Of a stretch of DNA of 64,000 bases, positions 8,424-17,596 are shown piece after piece. This stretch comes from a virus: positions 64,001 to 128,000 of IMG/VR virus record IMGVR_UViG_3300045988_180675. One strand, written 5' to 3'. The notes under the pieces are model-generated. The model did no database searches. It had not been told where the DNA came from and worked only from the letters and a program-made list of their open reading frames with translations. The position numbers and the translations under genes are program-made. Within the stretch, counting starts at the first letter, position 1, and each line of letters opens with the position of its first letter.

Positions 8424-10167
8424 ATTTCGACATATTTGCTAATCCTTTCGTGAAACTTGTTTGATTTAGATCTTCGATTTCAAAATCTAGGAATTGGATC
8501 TGTTGTGTAACTAATAAAGTTCCATCATTCTTCTTAAAGAAGTTGTTTGAAATGTTACCATACAATGTTAATGTTGCTGGTCCATTGATGGAAGATGCTA
8601 ACTTAGCTAGTCCAAAACCAACGGCTGTAGAAGTGGATGACACAAATTTAATACCGCCACCTCCAATTTCCTTCTTGTAAGATCCATAATTTTGAACGAT
8701 TTGAAATCCAGTGACCTTAAAGATAAGATCTGGATTACCATTTCCTAATGGCTGGAATTTTTCATTCTCTGTAATAGCTGCTAGTAGATCCTCGTTCTTT
8801 ATTTCAACATCATACTCTAAGGTATCAGTTGCTTTAGGATCGAATGGTGTTACATTTTGTTGCATATTCTTCACCATTGCTTCAAATCCATCTTTTGTAA
8901 CGGATGCACCAGCTGCTCCAGCATGTCCACCATGTCCTAAGAAAGAATCAGCACATCTATCAAGATGCTCCTTTATATCGTATCCTTCTGGGGCACGGAA
9001 TGAGCCTTTGAGAACTCCATCTTGACCATTTGTAAATACCGCACATGGCAAGTTGTATCTCTCTAATATCTTTGCCGCTAAAATTCCAATAATACCTGGT
9101 TTGATGTCTGGCACATAAACAATGACTGGGTTTTTGATTTCATTAGCTTTTTCTAAAACTTCAAGTTGAGGTAAGATACCCTGTTCATAAGCATTAGCTG
9201 TTGCCAATTTTCTTTCATCATTACACTGCTTTAAAATCTTCATAAGTTCTAAACATTCAGAGTAATCGGAAGATGTTAATAGTTCTACAGCGTATTTTGC
9301 ATAACCATCATACATACGCTCTAAAGCATTGATTGCTGGTCCACAAGTGAATCCTGCCGTAACTCCAGTCCAATGAGAGATTCCAAACTCATAAGCCATT
9401 GCCTTTAATCCTGGCAGAGCATTTGTAATATCATTGTTTAGAACCTTTAAACCCTGATAGGCTATAACATAATTTTCTTCTGTTAATACCATTTGATCGC
9501 AAAATGTAGCAAGCATTGCAATTGGCTTTAATAGCTCAAGCAATGGATTGCTGCTGCCCAATAATGAACGAGCAATCTTGTAGGCATTTCCTGCCCCACA
9601 GTATCCTGTAAAATCAGCTGAATTTGGAATTGCTTCTGCATCCAATATAAAATCAGCATTTGGTAATATAGTATTACCATTTTCTATTACAGGTTGATGG
9701 TGATCAGTAACAATTACCGTGTATCCAAAACTTTTTGCATAGGCAATAGGTTCTAGTGCAGCAATACCATTATCAACTGTTAAAATAAGAATCTCTTTTG
9801 GATCCAGATTGTTATCAGACGCATACTGGTTTACTTCATCGACCATTGTTTTGTTTAAACCAAATCCTTCGCACCTACGTGGGATCCGATAGTGAACATT
9901 GGTAAAACCAGTCCATCTCATTGCCCATATAAGAATTGAAATCGCACTTGTTCCATCTACATCATAGTCACCGAAAATAAAAATTGTTTTATTTTTATAT
10001 TCGTTGATCTTTGCAGTAATTTTTGGTAAGTCCTTCATGCTGTATTGATCAGTGATAGAACGCTTAAACCAATTGTTGATTTCTTGTACTGAATTTAGCC
10101 CAAGGTTTTTTAAATGGGCTTCGGCGATGGAATTTACTCCATCTCTTTTCTTAAATTTGTATTTCAT
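8422..10167 (-). CDS. recJ: RecJ-like single-strand DNA exonuclease (DHH/DHHA1)
   Basis: It carries the motifs FGDYDVDGTSA, VDNG, VTDHH and GGHAGAAG. Confidence 0.9.
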   Translation of the reverse strand: MKYKFKKRDGVNSIAEAHLKNLGLNSVQEINNWFKRSITDQYSMKDLPKITAKINEYKNKTIFIFGDYDVDGTSAISILIWAMRWTGFTNVHYRIPRRCEGFGLNKTMVDEVNQYASDNNLDPKEILILTVDNGIAALEPIAYAKSFGYTVIVTDHHQPVIENGNTILPNADFILDAEAIPNSADFTGYCGAGNAYKIARSLLGSSNPLLELLKPIAMLATFCDQMVLTEENYVIAYQGLKVLNNDITNALPGLKAMAYEFGISHWTGVTAGFTCGPAINALERMYDGYAKYAVELLTSSDYSECLELMKILKQCNDERKLATANAYEQGILPQLEVLEKANEIKNPVIVYVPDIKPGIIGILAAKILERYNLPCAVFTNGQDGVLKGSFRAPEGYDIKEHLDRCADSFLGHGGHAGAAGASVTKDGFEAMVKNMQQNVTPFDPKATDTLEYDVEIKNEDLLAAITENEKFQPLGNGNPDLIFKVTGFQIVQNYGSYKKEIGGGGIKFVSSTSTAVGFGLAKLASSINGPATLTLYGNISNNFFKKNDGTLLVTQQIQFLDFEIEDLNQTSFTKGLANMSK

Positions 10168-10191
10168 TTTCTTCCTCTTTTCTATTTTTAT

Positions 10192-10230
10192 CCATGATCA
10201 TCAAATGTGTCAATATTATTATGTTATACC
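10192..10230 (-). promoter_or_regulatory. class-1 promoter/leader box
   Basis: The plus strand reads CCATGATCATCAAAT...ATTATG. In the sense orientation this is CATAAT-N14-TTTGATGATCATGG. Confidence 0.5.
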
Positions 10231-10237
10231 AAATAAA

Positions 10238-10276
10238 AAGAAAAAAAGCCGTGAATAATCACGACTCTTTTTTTTA
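10238..10276. terminator. intrinsic terminator after tandem-OB ssb
   Basis: Stem GCCGTG/CACGAC at 10248-10266 is flanked by an A-run and a T-run. Confidence 0.55.
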
Positions 10277-11098
10277 GAATGGTAAATCATCTGACGTAAT
10301 GTCAAAATTATTTGCGTAATAATCTCCACCTGTAATAGCATTAAACTGAGCTTCACTCATCTGATCTGCAACTGGTTGCTGAACAGGAGTCTGTACCTGT
10401 GGCTGTGGCTGATATGTCTGTGCCATTTGCTGTGGTTGAGCTGTTGGCTGCTGGTACATCTGCTGAGCTACTGGTTGCTGATTTGCTTGGACAGGCTGTT
10501 GCCCCTTCTTTCTAACAATTACTGGAGTAGCAGCAATAACGATACCTAAGTTATTGAATGCTTTGCCGTCTTCTTTAGTTGTCTTGTAAACGGATAAATA
10601 TCCACTCACTGCAATTAAATCACCTACTTGATAGATTGTTCTATCCAAATTTTCGAGTAATTTCTTACTAAAAGAAGCAAACATAAATATCGTCTTTGGG
10701 TTTTCTTTGCTACCATAATTTAAAGCAAATGAAAAACCAGTTGGGAACAATCTTGCAACTGTTCCAACAAAGAATCCTGCCGCTTTATCATCTCCTCCTG
10801 GAACTAATGTGACGCTGTTGGCATTAACCCTGTAATATGTTAAGCCATCTTTACCTTCATCAGATGATAAATAACCTGCTACAGCAACAGGGGTGCCTTT
10901 TTTTGCAAAGCGTTCAAGATCTGACGCAGATCTACCATCAAATACTGAAACATTAAAAAATGATGCATTTCCAGTTTCATTTTGGTCATTTGATTTGTTG
11001 ACAGCCATACTAAAGTGAGCACACTTCTTGCCATCTTTTGTTGTTGATACTTTGATCTCTGAAGCTACGTTTCCTGATACTAAAATACTATTTGACAT
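10274..11098 (-). CDS. ssb: single-stranded DNA-binding protein with two OB folds in one chain
   Basis: There are two OB-like halves (ILVSGNVASE... and FFVGTVARL...), then a Q/P-rich linker and a C-terminal DDLPF tip. The start is moved to ATG 11098, which follows AAGGAGGAAAATAAA. Confidence 0.8.
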   Translation of the reverse strand: MSNSILVSGNVASEIKVSTTKDGKKCAHFSMAVNKSNDQNETGNASFFNVSVFDGRSASDLERFAKKGTPVAVAGYLSSDEGKDGLTYYRVNANSVTLVPGGDDKAAGFFVGTVARLFPTGFSFALNYGSKENPKTIFMFASFSKKLLENLDRTIYQVGDLIAVSGYLSVYKTTKEDGKAFNNLGIVIAATPVIVRKKGQQPVQANQQPVAQQMYQQPTAQPQQMAQTYQPQPQVQTPVQQPVADQMSEAQFNAITGGDYYANNFDITSDDLPF

Positions 11099-11164
11099 TT
11101 TATTTTCCTCCTTTGCCCTCTTTTTGGGACTATCATAACAAATGTCTAATTTATTTGATATTTT

Positions 11165-11200
11165 CCATGTCATCAAATAAATACAATTCAATTATGTAAT
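11165..11200 (-). promoter_or_regulatory. class-1 promoter/leader box
   Basis: The plus strand reads CCATGTCATCAAAT (11165-11178) and ATTATG (11191-11196). Confidence 0.5.
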
Positions 11201-11267
11201 AAAAATAAAATTAAAAAAATGAATTTGTAGCAAATTTGAGTAGATATAGCATAATATATACGAAAGG

Positions 11268-12014
11268 ATGTATAAATTATTTATGTTAGATAACCATGCT
11301 ATTGAAGTATATGAAAATTATTTATTAGGGAAAACAAAAGTCCTTAGTTTAAAAGAGCTTATTAAAAAGGATAAAATTGATGATATTGTAGAGGACGAAC
11401 AAGAAAAGATCAACCAAAGAATTGAAGAAGCAAATAGTGTTATTCAAGAGAAAAAAGCAATCGCAATTATCGCTTATGCTATTACAAAAATATTGAGATG
11501 GACACCTGTATATGCTGCCGATAATTTAACTAGTGATATTGTTGATCAACTAAAAATCAGGGGACTTTTTAAATATATCGATACTCCAATGACAATTGTT
11601 GCAACAGGAGATTACAAATGGATTATCAAGAAGGTATTTCCATTAGAAGTACCATATAATATGTGTGATCAAGCTGTTGATATCTATAAAAAGATTTTGA
11701 ACGGACAAATGAAGTCATTCCCACATGAATACTTTAAGGATGAACATGGAGAAGAAAAGCTTGCCGCAATATTAAAATATTACATTGCTACAAATTTTGC
11801 CATTTCTTCAGTTGAAGATCTTTATATAGCATTTGGTAGAGATAAAAATAGAGTCAGCAAGCTTGACAAAGCCTGTTTGTATTATGCCTATTCTGGCATT
11901 TATGAATCCCCATTAGAACTCTTACACTATTCCATAGGAAAAGATAAGGATGATTTTTTATACGAATTTTATAGCTATATGAACGTTTTTGACGAAGTTG
12001 CGAAAGAATTTTGA
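11268..12014 (+). CDS. hypothetical protein
   Basis: The ORF lies 12 nt downstream of TAGCATAAT (-10 at 11250-11255), so the leader is very short. Confidence 0.55.
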   Translation: MYKLFMLDNHAIEVYENYLLGKTKVLSLKELIKKDKIDDIVEDEQEKINQRIEEANSVIQEKKAIAIIAYAITKILRWTPVYAADNLTSDIVDQLKIRGLFKYIDTPMTIVATGDYKWIIKKVFPLEVPYNMCDQAVDIYKKILNGQMKSFPHEYFKDEHGEEKLAAILKYYIATNFAISSVEDLYIAFGRDKNRVSKLDKACLYYAYSGIYESPLELLHYSIGKDKDDFLYEFYSYMNVFDEVAKEF

Positions 12015-12042
12015 AAAAATTGTGGATAAAGTGTGAATAAAA

Positions 12043-12073
12043 TAGCATAATCATTAGTGAACGACACGTTCAC
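12043..12073 (+). promoter_or_regulatory. TAGCATAAT -10 followed by perfect palindrome GTGAACG-aca-CGTTCAC (operator candidate) upstream of pilin gene
   Basis: The -10 is at 12043-12051 and the palindrome at 12057-12073. Confidence 0.45.
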
Positions 12074-12110
12074 TTCTTTTATTTATATAAAAAAGAATAG
12101 AAAGGGAAAA

Positions 12111-13859
12111 ATGAAGAAGAAAATCATTAAAACGGCTGCATTTGGAGTTGTAGCCACAGGTATTGCATCTGCTTTATTACCTGTTTCCGCAGAAGGAGTC
12201 ACTCCACCATCAGCTACAACAAAGGCAACTATTACAGTGCAGAATGTTGATACAGCTGATACAAACGCTGAAGTAAAGGCTTACCGTATTGTTAAGCCAG
12301 AATTCAATGCACACGGTTTACTCGGTTATAAGGCTGTAGATGGCATTACAATTGCCGACTTAGCTAAGCCAACATCAGAGGAAGTACAGGCTGCTGTATC
12401 CTACATCTTAGCTCATCAGACAGAGTTTGAACCTGTTTCCTTAACTCGTAATGGTACAGATTTTACAGCAGAAGCTCCAGCAGGCGAATACGTTGTATTA
12501 GTTTCTAAGTCAAATACAACTGTTTATAACCCTGCAATCGTATCTGTAAACATTCCAAACGCAAACGTAGACGCTGCGGATGGCGGTACAGTCAACCTAA
12601 ACAATGCCTTTGCAAATGGTAAGGTAGCATTCTTAAAGAGAAGCACACCAACTATGAAAAAGAACATCATTGTAGATGGTCAGAAGAAGAAGGGCGACTT
12701 GGTATCTGCTGATGGCGTTGGTTCAACAGTTGCTGATGAAATTACTTTCCAAATTGATACACAATTACCATCCTATCAAGTTGGCGAAAATGGAACAGTT
12801 TACAAGAACCCACGCTTTGAAATTTCAGATAAGCTACAAGATGTATTTGAAAACATCTCTGAGATCAAGATCCAGAATGCTGCTGGGGATGATTTAGTAG
12901 CAAATACAGACTATGAGTTAGTAAACGGTGTAGGCAGCAAGGACTTTACAGTTAAGTTCAAGAGCGAATACTTAATGGCTCATGGTAACGAAGCAGTTAA
13001 GATCGTTTATAAGACAAAACTTACTTCTACAGAAACAAACCAGAACTTTGCAGACAACAAGAACGTTGCTACATTGAAGTATTCTAACGATCCAACAAAT
13101 GAACAGTCCGTTAAGATTGTAAAGGATAAGACTTATCATTATACATTCTCTATCGACGGAAACATTGATGGAACATGGGAAGAATCAGGTAGTACAATTG
13201 ATGGCAAGCAAGGCAAACATCAGACAAATGAATTGAGTAAGGTATCAGAACGTACAGAATCTACTACTTGGGAAGAAAAAGAGGACGAAACACACACATT
13301 TACAAAGCATTCTACCAAGGCTTTAGCAGGTGCTAAGTTCGGACTCTATAGTGATGAAGATGCTCAGACAAAGGTTGCAGAAACAACTTCTACTGATAAG
13401 GGCTTCATGAACTTCCATGGTTTGGATGCTGGCACATATTACTTAAAGGAAATTTCTGCTCCAGCAGGTTATTCTTTAAATAATACAGTATACAAGATCG
13501 ATATCGTTGCAAACCTTGATGAAGAAGGCGTATTAACAGACTATTCTATTTCAACAGAAACAAAGGTTGGAGCTGCTTGGAACAAGGTTGGCGAAATGAA
13601 GTATACAAATACTAAGGAAGTAGATAACAAGGCTTTATTAGATACTGGTGATGAAAACCCAGACTATGGTAAGGTTAAGAATACTATCGTAACAGCGATC
13701 GACAACCCTACACAGATCGAAAATACTAAGTTAGCTGCATTACCTTCTACTGGTGGTGTTGGTACAGTAATGTTTACTGTAGCTGGAATCGGCTTATTCT
13801 GCGGATTTGGCTATGCATTTATGCAAGCTCGCAAAGAAAAAGAAGAATTAGCGAAGTAA
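12111..13859 (+). CDS. LPXTG-anchored pilin / surface protein (sortase substrate)
   Basis: It has a signal peptide, a pilin-motif-like TVYKNP and an E-box YYLKEISAPAGY. The C-terminus has LPSTGG, a hydrophobic stretch and a basic tail. The start is moved to ATG 12111. Confidence 0.85.
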   Translation: MKKKIIKTAAFGVVATGIASALLPVSAEGVTPPSATTKATITVQNVDTADTNAEVKAYRIVKPEFNAHGLLGYKAVDGITIADLAKPTSEEVQAAVSYILAHQTEFEPVSLTRNGTDFTAEAPAGEYVVLVSKSNTTVYNPAIVSVNIPNANVDAADGGTVNLNNAFANGKVAFLKRSTPTMKKNIIVDGQKKKGDLVSADGVGSTVADEITFQIDTQLPSYQVGENGTVYKNPRFEISDKLQDVFENISEIKIQNAAGDDLVANTDYELVNGVGSKDFTVKFKSEYLMAHGNEAVKIVYKTKLTSTETNQNFADNKNVATLKYSNDPTNEQSVKIVKDKTYHYTFSIDGNIDGTWEESGSTIDGKQGKHQTNELSKVSERTESTTWEEKEDETHTFTKHSTKALAGAKFGLYSDEDAQTKVAETTSTDKGFMNFHGLDAGTYYLKEISAPAGYSLNNTVYKIDIVANLDEEGVLTDYSISTETKVGAAWNKVGEMKYTNTKEVDNKALLDTGDENPDYGKVKNTIVTAIDNPTQIENTKLAALPSTGGVGTVMFTVAGIGLFCGFGYAFMQARKEKEELAK

Positions 13860-13865
13860 AGAAAT

Positions 13866-13897
13866 AAAAGGAAGTGTAAAAGCTTCCTTTTTTTTAT
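13866..13897 (+). terminator. intrinsic terminator after pilin gene
   Basis: Stem GGAAG/CTTCC is followed by T8. Confidence 0.55.
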
Positions 13898-13929
13898 ATG
13901 TTTTGATGAATATATAGCATAATATAAGC

Positions 13930-14796
13930 ATGAAAAAGAAAAGAAAAAAGTTTATGGTCCAATTGTTTTGCCTTTTGGGTATGACGATCGGGCTTGGAAT
14001 CATGGGATATCCAATTGTAAGTGACTTATGGAACAAATATCGAAATGACCAGATTGCCGATGAATACGAAAATAACGTAAAAGAACTTGATAAAGAACAG
14101 ATTGATAAAATGTGGGCTGATGCAAAAGCTTATAATGATCAACATACAGTCAACTTCGTAAAGGATGTTTTCCATGATAATGAGGACTATGTATTATCAC
14201 ATCCTTATGATCAGTTGTTAAACCCAACTAATGATAATGTTATGGGATATATAGAAATTCCGAAAATCAACGTTCGTTTAGCTATTTATCATGGTATCGG
14301 TGAAGATGTATTATCAAAAGGAGTTGGACATGTAGAAGGAACAAGTTTACCTATCGGTGGCGTTGGGACCCACACAGTATTAAGTGGGCATAGAGGACTT
14401 CCATCGGCAAAATTGTTTACCGATCTTGACCAGATGAAAGAGGGAGATCTGATTTACTTGCACGTCTTGGATAAAACAATGGCTTATAGGGTAGATAAAA
14501 TTGATACAGTTCTTCCTGAAGATACAAGTGGGCTTGCAATAGAACCAGATAGCGATCTTATTACACTGATAACTTGTACGCCTTATGGTGTTAATTCTCA
14601 TAGATTACTTGTTAGAGGAAAAAGAATTGACCCAGTTCCGATCGAGCAAAAGAAGATTACTCCGATTGAACAGGTTTCTAGTATGCCAATCAAAGAAAAA
14701 GCTTTAGCAATTGGGTTGGTTATTTCTCCTATCTTATTAATTGTTTTAGTGGTAAGTGACAAGAGAAAAGAAAAAAAGAAAAAGCAGGGCAAATAA
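13930..14796 (+). CDS. srtC: class C (pilus-assembly) sortase
   Basis: Motifs: IEIPKINVRLAIYHG, SGHRGLP, TLITCTPYGVNSHRLLVRG. It has N- and C-terminal TM segments. There is no SD, and the ATG lies 6 nt after the CATAAT -10 (13918-13923), so it may be leaderless. Confidence 0.9.
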   Translation: MKKKRKKFMVQLFCLLGMTIGLGIMGYPIVSDLWNKYRNDQIADEYENNVKELDKEQIDKMWADAKAYNDQHTVNFVKDVFHDNEDYVLSHPYDQLLNPTNDNVMGYIEIPKINVRLAIYHGIGEDVLSKGVGHVEGTSLPIGGVGTHTVLSGHRGLPSAKLFTDLDQMKEGDLIYLHVLDKTMAYRVDKIDTVLPEDTSGLAIEPDSDLITLITCTPYGVNSHRLLVRGKRIDPVPIEQKKITPIEQVSSMPIKEKALAIGLVISPILLIVLVVSDKRKEKKKKQGK

Positions 14797-14805
14797 GCCT
14801 TGCTT

Positions 14806-15354
14806 TTATTTTTGGGGCGGAATATATCCATTCGATATCAGAGAATAGAAACTTGGAATATTTACATCAAAGTTTTCTTCTTTGTTGTATCTCTCGCATG
14901 CCATGGCATACTTTGTAGTCATGCCGCCTTTACGTCGAAACTCTTCTTTGTTTAATGCTCCTTTTGGTCTTTTGCTTCCTTCTATTGAAACCATGTTTCC
15001 GATATCTTTTAATCCGATCGATAATTCACGATAGTTGTATTTCTTGTTGACCTTTTTGGATTCGTAATAAAATACCTTCGCTGTAAATCTAACTATATCA
15101 CCAATAAAGAATTTGTTATCAAATAAAGTCTTGTTAAACATTGCATCTGTCACTAAAACATTGACATGTTGGCGAAAGGGTAATCCAGAACCAAGTTCTT
15201 TTACATCATGGAAGCAAATCGTAGGGAAACATTTTAGACGTTTTCCGCCAGATATTTCTTTAATGATCGGCGTCATAGAATAAAGTGTTCCTTCAAATTG
15301 AAGATTTTGCCCTACTACTTCATGGAAGTATGGATCGATAGGTTTTCTTTTCAT
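14806..15354 (-). CDS. hypothetical protein
   Basis: The ORF has a GGAG SD. No motif was recognised. Confidence 0.55.
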   Translation of the reverse strand: MKRKPIDPYFHEVVGQNLQFEGTLYSMTPIIKEISGGKRLKCFPTICFHDVKELGSGLPFRQHVNVLVTDAMFNKTLFDNKFFIGDIVRFTAKVFYYESKKVNKKYNYRELSIGLKDIGNMVSIEGSKRPKGALNKEEFRRKGGMTTKYAMACERYNKEENFDVNIPSFYSLISNGYIPPQK

Positions 15355-15382
15355 AAATAAACTCCTTTCTTTTACTCTTAAA

Positions 15383-15401
15383 TTATATCACATAACAGTA
15401 T
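15383..15401 (-). promoter_or_regulatory. class-2 promoter (ATACTGTTAT + TGATATAAT)
   Basis: The reverse complement reads ATACTGTTATGTGATATAAT. It is divergent from the 15418-15437 promoter. Confidence 0.55.
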
Positions 15402-15417
15402 AAATTTCTAGTATTGC

Positions 15418-15437
15418 ATAACAGTATATGGTATAAT
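15418..15437 (+). promoter_or_regulatory. class-2 promoter (box in inverted orientation + TGGTATAAT)
   Basis: ATAACAGTAT is at 15418-15427 and TGGTATAAT at 15429-15437. Confidence 0.55.
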
Positions 15438-15463
15438 AAATATGAATAAGAAAGGAGCATACG

Positions 15464-16147
15464 ATGCTGAAATTTTATGATATGCCAGTTGGGCTTGGAA
15501 AAGATAGAGAAAAGAGTCTACTATTTTACTTGAACGATATGGCACAGAAAACAAGTGGGTTTGTTCTTGAGTATTGCCCACAACTAGTGACATTGGATAA
15601 TGTCCCAGATGATATTGTACGGGTTAGGCAGATGTTAACGCCAGCAACTATAACCGATTTAACGGAACAAGATAACCTGATTACATCTGTTGTCAGAAGA
15701 ATTCATTCTATTGAGTATTATGATTTTGAATATCCTGATAATTATGTTGCTTTTAATATATTAGAAGCTGCATTTATTACAGAAGTTGCTTTCATGGTTG
15801 CCATGATCAAAGACGGGAAGGAAAAAGAACTAAAGACTTTTATTGAAAAGAATTATAAGATCAACGATGAAGATCTGAGGAGATATTTAAAAGTTAGGAA
15901 GTACGTTCCAGAGGTCAAAGGGAAACTCGATCTGAACAAAATTGAAGAGTTCGAAGGGTTTTATTGTGATTTAGAGGTTACGAAAGATACTGAATATCAT
16001 GGGATTGAAACTTTAAAAAAATTCTACAAGAAAAACAAACTGAATCTCTTTGAAAGCCCAATGATAATGTTAGCTTGTTTCATGAGCAGAGAACAGATTA
16101 TCAAAATGTTATTCCAGTTAAAAGAAGAAAAGAAAGAAGAAAAATAA
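15464..16147 (+). CDS. hypothetical protein
   Basis: The ORF has an AAAGGAG SD and is the first gene of a 4-gene plus-strand operon. Confidence 0.6.
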   Translation: MLKFYDMPVGLGKDREKSLLFYLNDMAQKTSGFVLEYCPQLVTLDNVPDDIVRVRQMLTPATITDLTEQDNLITSVVRRIHSIEYYDFEYPDNYVAFNILEAAFITEVAFMVAMIKDGKEKELKTFIEKNYKINDEDLRRYLKVRKYVPEVKGKLDLNKIEEFEGFYCDLEVTKDTEYHGIETLKKFYKKNKLNLFESPMIMLACFMSREQIIKMLFQLKEEKKEEK

Positions 16148-17578
16148 ATGAAAAAACAATACGTGTTAGATACAAATGTGCTATTGCTCGATGAAGATGC
16201 AATGCATAAATTTGAAGAGAATGATGTCTATATTCCAGTTGCAGTATTGGATGAGTTAAACATTCTGAAAGAAGATTATAGAAATCCAGAACGAGCCGAA
16301 GCTGCAAGAGCTGCTAACAAGGAGATTCGGAAACTGCTAGGAGAGCAAAAGAGCATCAAAAGAGATGAGAAGCGATTAAAAGATGAGATCGTTTGTACTT
16401 CTGAAGGTGGTGGAAATATTTTCTTTACCAATTACTTCAACCGTTCAGATTTAGAAGCCAGTATGAATAAAGATATTTCAGATTGGGAAATCATTTTAAC
16501 GGCAAAAGCTCTACGAGATTATAGTGATAATCAGACCTCTAAGGAAAAGAAGAGAAAAGTAATTCTTGTAACAAATGATAATGGCATGGCAAATAGAGCC
16601 ATGGGCAGATATGGCTTAACGGTAGAAGAATATAAGAACCCTATGGAAGAAGAAGTTTATAGTGGAAGAACCTCTATTATTGAAGCCAAGGTATCAGCCG
16701 TGAAGATGTTACAAAAAGGTGGTTCTGTTTCAATCAAGGATGCCATATTAGCAAAAGAACTAGAAAATGGAAATGACCTACATGAAAACCAATTTGTTGA
16801 ATTATATGCAAAAGAAAAAACAGGAGGTATCCAGACAGTAGGAAAAGTAGTTGGTGAAGAAATTGTTCCTCTTTATACGGACAGATCCAAGTTTAGCGGA
16901 ATCAAGCCACAGAATAATGCACAATATTTTGCAAAAGAATGTGTAGTCAGCCCTGTCGATAAAGTTCCATTAGCAATTATCTCTGGTCCTGCTGGAACTG
17001 GAAAGACACTTCTTGCTGTAGCTGGTGGACTAGATGCACTAGATCGTGGAGAAGTTAAGCAGGTGTTATTGTTAAGACCAAATGTAATGATTGACAAAAA
17101 TGATGCGGCACTTCCAGGTAGTGAACAAGAAAAAATTGATCCACTTATGAGACCATATTGGGATAATCTCAAGACGATCATGCTGGCAAAGGGCGTGAAA
17201 CCAGATAAGGTAAAATCACAAATCAATCAGTTGATCGGAGATGAAAAGATCCGAGTAGAATCGTTTTCTTATATCAGAGGAAGAAGTATTTCTGATACAT
17301 ATATTATTTGTGATGAATCCCAAAATCTATTAAGAAAACATGTAATTGGCATTCTTACAAGACCAGGGGAACATTCTAAACTCGTTTTACTTGGAGATCC
17401 GACTGATGAACAGATCGATAACCCATACGTAAACAAGTATAACAATGGGCTTGTATTTGCTATGAACTTAATGAAAGATAGCCCACTTTGTTATCAAACA
17501 ACATTTTATGAAAATGAAAGCAAACGTGGGGCACTCGTAAAAGATGTTATTAGCAGATTAAAGGAAAACAAAAAATAA
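16148..17578 (+). CDS. PIN-domain PhoH-like ATPase (YlaK type)
   Basis: The N-terminus is PIN-like (YVLDTNVLL, acidic residues). The PhoH core has Walker A GPAGTGKT and Walker B IICDESQN. Confidence 0.8.
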   Translation: MKKQYVLDTNVLLLDEDAMHKFEENDVYIPVAVLDELNILKEDYRNPERAEAARAANKEIRKLLGEQKSIKRDEKRLKDEIVCTSEGGGNIFFTNYFNRSDLEASMNKDISDWEIILTAKALRDYSDNQTSKEKKRKVILVTNDNGMANRAMGRYGLTVEEYKNPMEEEVYSGRTSIIEAKVSAVKMLQKGGSVSIKDAILAKELENGNDLHENQFVELYAKEKTGGIQTVGKVVGEEIVPLYTDRSKFSGIKPQNNAQYFAKECVVSPVDKVPLAIISGPAGTGKTLLAVAGGLDALDRGEVKQVLLLRPNVMIDKNDAALPGSEQEKIDPLMRPYWDNLKTIMLAKGVKPDKVKSQINQLIGDEKIRVESFSYIRGRSISDTYIICDESQNLLRKHVIGILTRPGEHSKLVLLGDPTDEQIDNPYVNKYNNGLVFAMNLMKDSPLCYQTTFYENESKRGALVKDVISRLKENKK

Positions 17579-17596
17579 AAGAAGGAAGGGAAAAAG

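Noticed and set aside
12022-12030. Perfect DnaA box TGTGGATAA (rc TTATCCACA)
   Set aside because: A single 9-mer is expected by chance about once in this much AT-rich sequence. It is not clustered with other boxes or an obvious unwinding element. I saw only one-mismatch variants in the 295-3044 region.
12057-12073. Palindrome GTGAACGACACGTTCAC as a Firmicutes LexA (Cheo) box
   Set aside because: The Cheo box is GAAC-N4-GTTC, and here the spacer is 5 nt. It is kept only as a generic operator candidate.
16873-17226. Antisense ORFs inside long genes (e.g. 16873..17226, 8711..9025, 22938..23297, 36338..36751, 52706..53195)
   Set aside because: They sit opposite genes with clear catalytic motifs. 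They have no SD or promoter boxes, and their composition is typical of antisense frames.
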